Below are positions 58,449 to 64,000 of a stretch of 64,000 nt of DNA, one piece after another. The notes under the pieces were generated by a model, which was given only the letters and a program-made list of their open reading frames with translations, was not told the origin of the DNA and searched no databases. Made by a program: the position numbers and the translations under genes. Every line of letters starts with the position of its first letter. The first letter of the stretch is position 1. This stretch comes from Burkholderiales bacterium (GTDB lineage Bacteria; Pseudomonadota; Gammaproteobacteria; Burkholderiales; SG8-39): positions 74,268 through 138,267 of the forward strand of contig JACZJT010000032.1 of the NCBI GenBank assembly GCA_014860445.1, given 5' to 3'.

Positions 58449-59056
58449 GATCGCAGCACGAAGACGCGCACGATTTCCTCATTCGAGGCGAGCACGACGC
58501 GCAGGCGCACGGCGCGGGGAAGCGGCAGGTCGGCGGCCGACACCGGCCATGCATCGACCCAGGCGAGGGCGCGATCGAGATACTGAAGTTCGAACGATTT
58601 CACCCCGGTCAGCACGGGATAGCGCTGGGGCAGTCTGCCGGGCGCGACATCCAGGCCCGGCCACAGCCACAATTCGATTTCGTTCTTGTCGTTCATGCGA
58701 TAACCGATGCGGCGCGCGGTGTCGATGCCCTCGGTCGAGGCGAAGCGGCTGAATTCCAGATTTGCGGTCGTGGCCGCCTCGGACATCCCGGTCGAAGTGG
58801 ACAGGGTAGGCACGCCCAGCCACGCCGGCGCAAGACCGCCGGCCGTGCGCACCGGTCGCGGGGCCGCAAGTTCGACATCGCGCTCAAAGCGTGCGAAGAA
58901 TGCGGCGACATGCCGCCATTTGTCGGTTTCCTGCTTGACGTGCTCGCGCGCGTCGAGCACCGCGCCGAGGCCGCGATAGGACATCAAGGCGAGCAGCGAC
59001 AGCACCAGCAGCGCGGTCATGACTTCGATCAGCGTGAATCCGCGCGCGCGCTTCAT
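58445..59056 (-). CDS. gspJ: T2SS minor pseudopilin GspJ
   Basis: 203 aa. Prepilin N-terminus ARGFTLIEVMTALLVL. ATGA overlaps on both sides. Confidence 0.92.
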   Translation of the reverse strand: MKRARGFTLIEVMTALLVLSLLALMSYRGLGAVLDAREHVKQETDKWRHVAAFFARFERDVELAAPRPVRTAGGLAPAWLGVPTLSTSTGMSEAATTANLEFSRFASTEGIDTARRIGYRMNDKNEIELWLWPGLDVAPGRLPQRYPVLTGVKSFELQYLDRALAWVDAWPVSAADLPLPRAVRLRVVLASNEEIVRVFVLRS

Positions 59057-59448
59057 TTGCGCGGTCCCGGTGCGTTGACGATGAAGCCGGTGAGGTGCGC
59101 CAGCGAGTGCGCTTCCTCGGCGGTCGCAAAGACGCGCACGTCGATGCGGCGGAACGCGCCGTTGGGCGTGGCAATGACTTCCTCACGCCAGGCGAAGTCG
59201 AGGCCGCCTTCGCGCGCGGTGCCGCGCTGTATGCCCAGCGGCAGCCAATCGGCGCGGGCGCGATGCTCGGCGAGCTGGTTTTCAGCGACCCAGCCCGCGA
59301 GCAGGCGCGAGCGCAACTCGCCTACGTTGTTCGTCCCCTGGCCGGCCGCGCGCAGCGCGGACAGCAGCGCGATCGATACGATCGCCAGCGCCACCAGCAC
59401 TTCGATCAGCGTAAAGCCTTTGCGTCTAGCCCAGGACCGCTTCGCCAT
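59053..59448 (-). CDS. gspI: T2SS minor pseudopilin GspI
   Basis: ATG at 59448 (MAKRSWARRKGFTLIEVLVALAIV...), 131 aa, with GGAG 13 nt upstream. Overlaps the gspH 3' end by 23 nt. Confidence 0.9.
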   Translation of the reverse strand: MAKRSWARRKGFTLIEVLVALAIVSIALLSALRAAGQGTNNVGELRSRLLAGWVAENQLAEHRARADWLPLGIQRGTAREGGLDFAWREEVIATPNGAFRRIDVRVFATAEEAHSLAHLTGFIVNAPGPRK

Positions 59449-59938
59449 TGTTTGTTCCATCTCCGGGTACCACGCGCACGTCGCCGACCGGAGATCCGGT
59501 GACCGCATAGCTCTCCGTGCCTATCGACATGGCGATGGTGAAAGCCAGCGACGAGCCCTGCGGGCTGAACTCCAGGCGCATGCTGCCCTGCGGGCGCATG
59601 TTTTCCACGCGAAAGCCGGACACCGCCACGCCCTGCGGCAGGGTGCGCGCGCGCAGCAATTCGCTGTCGCGGATTTCGATCCAGGCGCCGTCATCGCCGG
59701 CGCGCCAAAAGCGGTAAGCCGATTCGTCCGCGGTCCAGGCGATGGATTTTCCGGTGAGCCGCGCTTCCGTGGCGGCGAAGTCCAGGAGCTGCGACAGGCG
59801 CTCGGCTTCCAGCCGCAGCACGGCGCGATCGTCGGGCCGTGTGATGGTGCTGACCAGCCCGACAAACAGGCCCATGATCATCAGCACCACCAGCATTTCG
59901 ATCAGCGTGAAGCCCCGGCTCGGGCCAGCGAAGGTCAC
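59426..59938 (-). CDS. gspH: T2SS minor pseudopilin GspH
   Basis: 170 aa. SRGFTLIEMLVVLMIMGL N-terminus. Confidence 0.9.
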   Translation of the reverse strand: MTFAGPSRGFTLIEMLVVLMIMGLFVGLVSTITRPDDRAVLRLEAERLSQLLDFAATEARLTGKSIAWTADESAYRFWRAGDDGAWIEIRDSELLRARTLPQGVAVSGFRVENMRPQGSMRLEFSPQGSSLAFTIAMSIGTESYAVTGSPVGDVRVVPGDGTNNGEAVLG

Positions 59939-59940
59939 GG

Positions 59941-60375
59941 CTACAGATTCCAGGAACCGATGTCCGCGTCGTTGCCCTCGCCGCCGGGCGCGCCGTCGGC
60001 GCCGTAGCAGAACACGTCGATCTCTCCCTGCACGCCGGGATTCAGGTATTGATAAGTACCGCCCCAGGGGTCTTTGGGCAGACGTTCGACGTAGCCCCCC
60101 TGTTTCCAGTTGAGCGGAATCGGCGTGGTGGTCGGTTTGACGACCAGGGCCTGCAATCCCTGTTCCGTCGTCGGGTAACGCTGATTGTCGAGGCGGTAGA
60201 GCTTGAGCGCCTGCATCAGGCTCGCGATGTCCTGCTTCGCGGCGATGACCCTCGCCTCGTCCGGGCGGCTGATGATCTTCGGCACCACCAGGGCGGCGAG
60301 TATGCCGAGAATGACGACGACCACCATCACTTCGAGCAAGGTGAACCCACGTTGCCCGCGAACCCCGATCAGCAT
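59941..60375 (-). CDS. gspG: T2SS major pseudopilin GspG
   Basis: 144 aa. [27 protein letters not shown]...DPWGG.Y.Y is typical of GspG. Confidence 0.97.
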   Translation of the reverse strand: MLIGVRGQRGFTLLEVMVVVVILGILAALVVPKIISRPDEARVIAAKQDIASLMQALKLYRLDNQRYPTTEQGLQALVVKPTTTPIPLNWKQGGYVERLPKDPWGGTYQYLNPGVQGEIDVFCYGADGAPGGEGNDADIGSWNL

Positions 60376-60431
60376 CGCCGAATAGTTCCTGTCAGAAATT
60401 GGTGCTTTCGCGTCTCGAAAGCCAAGGCTTC

Positions 60432-60443
60432 CATTATATAATG
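60432..60443. promoter_or_regulatory. Palindrome copy 1 (CATTATATAATG) in the gspG/gspC divergent promoter region
   Basis: Perfect 12-bp palindrome. It contains TATAAT on both strands. Confidence 0.5.
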
Positions 60444-60489
60444 CTCCAGGCGACGCATTTGACCTCGAGCAAACTCGCCTGCAATTGTT

Positions 60490-60503
60490 GCATTATATAA
60501 TGC
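60490..60503. promoter_or_regulatory. Palindrome copy 2 (GCATTATATAATGC) in the gspG/gspC divergent promoter region
   Basis: Perfect 14-bp palindrome. With flanks, TT-S-CATTATATAATGCT matches copy 1 at 17 of 18 positions, 59 bp apart. Confidence 0.5.
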
Positions 60504-60581
60504 TTGAACTGATGCATCCGGCCGATTACTGCGCCCGGCCGACACTATTTCCTTCAGCGCGCGAATGGCAATTGATCAAGA

Positions 60582-61145
60582 ATGCACGCGCTTTCCTTTG
60601 CTAGAACCGGTCTCGCGCAGTCGGTCCTCGTCGCCTTTATGACTTTGCTAGCGGTGGCGCTGCTGGGCGCGGTGCTCGCATACTGGACCTGGGCGTGGTT
60701 TGCGCCGCGTGCGCAGCCGCGGCTCGAGCCGGCGGCGCAAAGCGGGAGCGTGGCTTCGGCCGGGACGGTTTTCGGCACCGTCCCGCGCAAGCAGGCGGCT
60801 GCCGCGCCCACAGGGATTGCGATTAAATTGCTGGGCGTCGTTGCGGCCACCGCCGGTCGTAAAGGCTACGCCGTGGTGCAATTGGAGGCGAAGCAGATTC
60901 TGGCCGTGCACGAGGGCGAAGACGTCGCCCCGGGGGTCCGGCTGGCCGAAGTTCTTGTCGATCACGTCATCCTTGAGCGAAACGGGGTGCGCGAGACGCT
61001 CGCATGGCCGCAGAGGGCGGCATCTGCGATCTCAATCGCGCCGGCGGCCCGCTTGTCCGCTCAGCAAGCCGCCGCAGCGGCCGCGGCGCAAGCGGCTGCA
61101 ACGCGGTCCCGAACAGCCGGCGCTCGGCGCAAAGACGAGGAATAG
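60582..61145 (+). CDS. gspC: T2SS protein GspC-like (short form: TM plus HR/secretin-interaction domain, no PDZ)
   Basis: 187 aa. N-terminal TM segment and an HR-like block IKLLGVVAAT.G..GYAVVQLE.KQILAVHEGEDVAPGVRLAEVLVDHVILERNGVRETL. Sits immediately upstream of gspD. Confidence 0.72.
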   Translation: MHALSFARTGLAQSVLVAFMTLLAVALLGAVLAYWTWAWFAPRAQPRLEPAAQSGSVASAGTVFGTVPRKQAAAAPTGIAIKLLGVVAATAGRKGYAVVQLEAKQILAVHEGEDVAPGVRLAEVLVDHVILERNGVRETLAWPQRAASAISIAPAARLSAQQAAAAAAAQAAATRSRTAGARRKDEE

Positions 61146-61203
61146 GCCTGTATTTTTAAATGACATCGCTTTCGCAGTCTGAAGGCGCTCCCGAGGATCA
61201 TCT

Positions 61204-63257
61204 ATGAAGCATTACTGGGTACGAACAGGAATTGTGTGGCTGGTGGCGCTTAGCTTCGCCGGTCAGGCATGGTCTGCCGACAATGGCCCGACCGAGCGCG
61301 CCGCTGCAAAGGCAAGCGCGAACCCGAGCGGACCGGACCTGGTCACGCTTAACTTCGTGAACGCCGACATCGAAGGCGTGGTGAAGGCAGTGAGCGAAAT
61401 AACCGGCAAGAATTTCGTTATGGACCCGCGCGTCAAGGGCACGGTCAACATCGTCTCCGCCAAGCCCATGTCCAGGTCACTGGTCTATCAGGTGTTCCTG
61501 TCGGCCATGCGCCTGCAGGGCTTTGCAGCGGTAGAAGAGCGAGGCATGGTCATGATCGTCCCGGAAATCGAGGCCAAGATGCACCGCAGCCCAACGGCCG
61601 GGCCGCAGGAGCGTACGCGTTCGGGCGGGGACACGATCCAGACGCAGGTGTTCAGGCTGCAGCACGAATCGGCGGCGCAATTGCTGCCCGTGTTGCGCCC
61701 GTTGATCACCCCGAACAACAGCATCACCGCCTATCCGGGCAACAATACCCTGGTGGTGACGGACTACGCGAGCAATCTGCAGCGCATCGAAAAAATCATT
61801 CAGTCTGTCGACGTGCCGACCGACGGCGACTCGGTCATGATCAAGCTCCAGTACGCTTCTGCGCTAGACGTCGCGCAGACCATCAAAGGCCTGCTCACAG
61901 AACCCGCGCAGGGCGCGGACCCGACCAGCCGTTTCACCGTTGCAGCGGACGCGCGCTCGAACAGCGTGCTGGCCCGCGCCGGTGACCCGGCGAAATTAAA
62001 GCGGGTGCGCGAACTCGCGGCAATGCTCGACTCGCCCACCAGTGTCGGCGGCAACATCCATGTGATCTACTTGAAAAACGCGGAAGCGGTGAAGCTGGCC
62101 GAGGTCCTGCGCGCGATTTACAGTGGCGAATCGACGTCGGCGCAAGCGCATTCGACAACGCCCGTTGTCGCATCGCCGCTGGGGCAGGGCGTTGCGCCGG
62201 CGCAGAGCACAGGGTCCAGGCCCGGCATCATCCAGGCGGATCCGACCACCAATTCGATCATCATCACCGCGCCCGACGCGATCTACAACAATCTGCGTGC
62301 GGTAGTGGACAAGCTCGATGCGCGCCGGGCGCAGGTCTACGTAGAGGCGCTCATCGCCGAGGTCAGTGCAGACAAGGCGGCGGAGTTCGGCGTGCAGTGG
62401 CAAGACCTGACCGGCGCGGGCAAGACTACGGGACAGCTGTTCGGCGGGACCAATTTTTCCTCGGGGGGGAAAAATATCGTCGGCGTCGCCCAGAATCCCG
62501 CCGGTCTTGCCACCGGACTTAACATCGGCGTGATCAAGGGCACGGTGACCGTGGGCGGGGCGGAAATTCTCAACCTCGGCATCCTGGTTCGCGCGCTGCA
62601 ATCCGATGCGAATGCGAACATCCTGTCGACGCCGACGCTGCTGACCATGGACAACGAGGAAGCAAAAATCGTGATCGGCCAGAATGTGCCGTTCATCACC
62701 GGCTCCTATGCGGTGTCGGCGGCGGCCACCACGCCGACGCCGTTTCAGACCGTGGATCGCAAGGACGTCGGCCTGACGCTCAAGATCAAGCCGCAGATCT
62801 CCGAGGGCGGCGCCGTGCGCCTGCAGGTGTCCCAGGAAGTGTCCAGCGTGTTTGACAAGACCAACCCGGCAGGCATCATTACGAGGAAGCGCTCGGTCGA
62901 CTCGACCGTGCTGGTGAACGACGGCCAGATCGTGGTGATCGGCGGTTTGATCGAGGACTCGGTCACGGACGGCGTGGAAAAGGTTCCGGGGCTGGGCGAT
63001 CTCCCCCTGATCGGCGGGCTGTTCCGGTACAACACGCGCCAGCGCACCAAGACCAATCTGATGGTGTTCCTGCGGCCGACGGTGCTGCGCAGCGTCGAGC
63101 ACGCCGACGGGCTGAGCGGGGCGCGCTACGACTACATCCTGGGAGAGCAACTCAAGGCCAAACCCTTGAATGGCGATCTGCCCGATTTTGGCTCCCCCAG
63201 CTTGCCGCCGCGCAAAGGCGCGTCCGCGGCCGCAGCGGACAAGCCCGCCGCGACGCA

Positions 63258-63261
<4 letters not shown>
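61204..63261 (+). CDS. gspD: T2SS outer-membrane secretin GspD
   Basis: 685 aa. Signal peptide, N0-N3 domains (LNFVNADIEGVVKAVSEITGKNF...), and a secretin core ...VPGLGDLPLIGGLFRY....T.TNLMVFLRPTV. Confidence 0.96.

Positions 63262-64000
<739 letters not shown>

Overview
This is a GC-rich, densely coding proteobacterial chromosome segment. Its synteny looks betaproteobacterial: metG/apbC divergent, xseB-ispA-dxs, rpsT/murJ divergent, ribF-ileS-lspA-ispH. Most of it is core housekeeping. That includes aminoacyl-tRNA synthetases, isoprenoid and folate genes (dxs, ispA, ispH, folA, thyA, folE2), argD-argF-argG, dcd, apt, mtnP, cspA, rpsT, murJ, dsbB and one tRNA-Thr(CGU). Four accessory modules stand out. 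(1) The 5' end of a hydrogenase-4-type membrane module (hyfB, hyfC) is fused to the stop codon of metG. (2) A type IV pilus minor-pilin operon (pilE, fimT/U-like, pilV, pilW, pilX, pilY1) sits next to the tRNA-Thr, and its 1383-aa PilY1 carries a large Thr/Ser/Cys-rich insertion. (3) An arsR-arsC-acr3-arsM operon lies divergent from a CDF transporter gene. (4) A nearly complete type II secretion locus is present (gspA, gspB; gspN-M-L-K-J-I-H-G; divergent gspC-D-E, running off the window). I found no CRISPR array, rRNA, transposase, integrase or recognisable defence genes. I do not see a clear-cut new multi-gene system. The best leads are cis-regulatory or single-gene oddities: a roughly 420-nt ORF-free leader with a terminator-like hairpin before an Orn/Lys/Arg decarboxylase gene, a hairpin plus U-tract abutting argD downstream of an orphan small ORF, twin perfect palindromes in the T2SS divergent promoter, an orphan PilZ-type protein with an unassigned N-terminal domain next to gspAB, and the PilY1 insertion. 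The many long ORFs antisense to real genes are treated as high-GC artefacts. CDS coordinates include the stop codon, following the ORF track.
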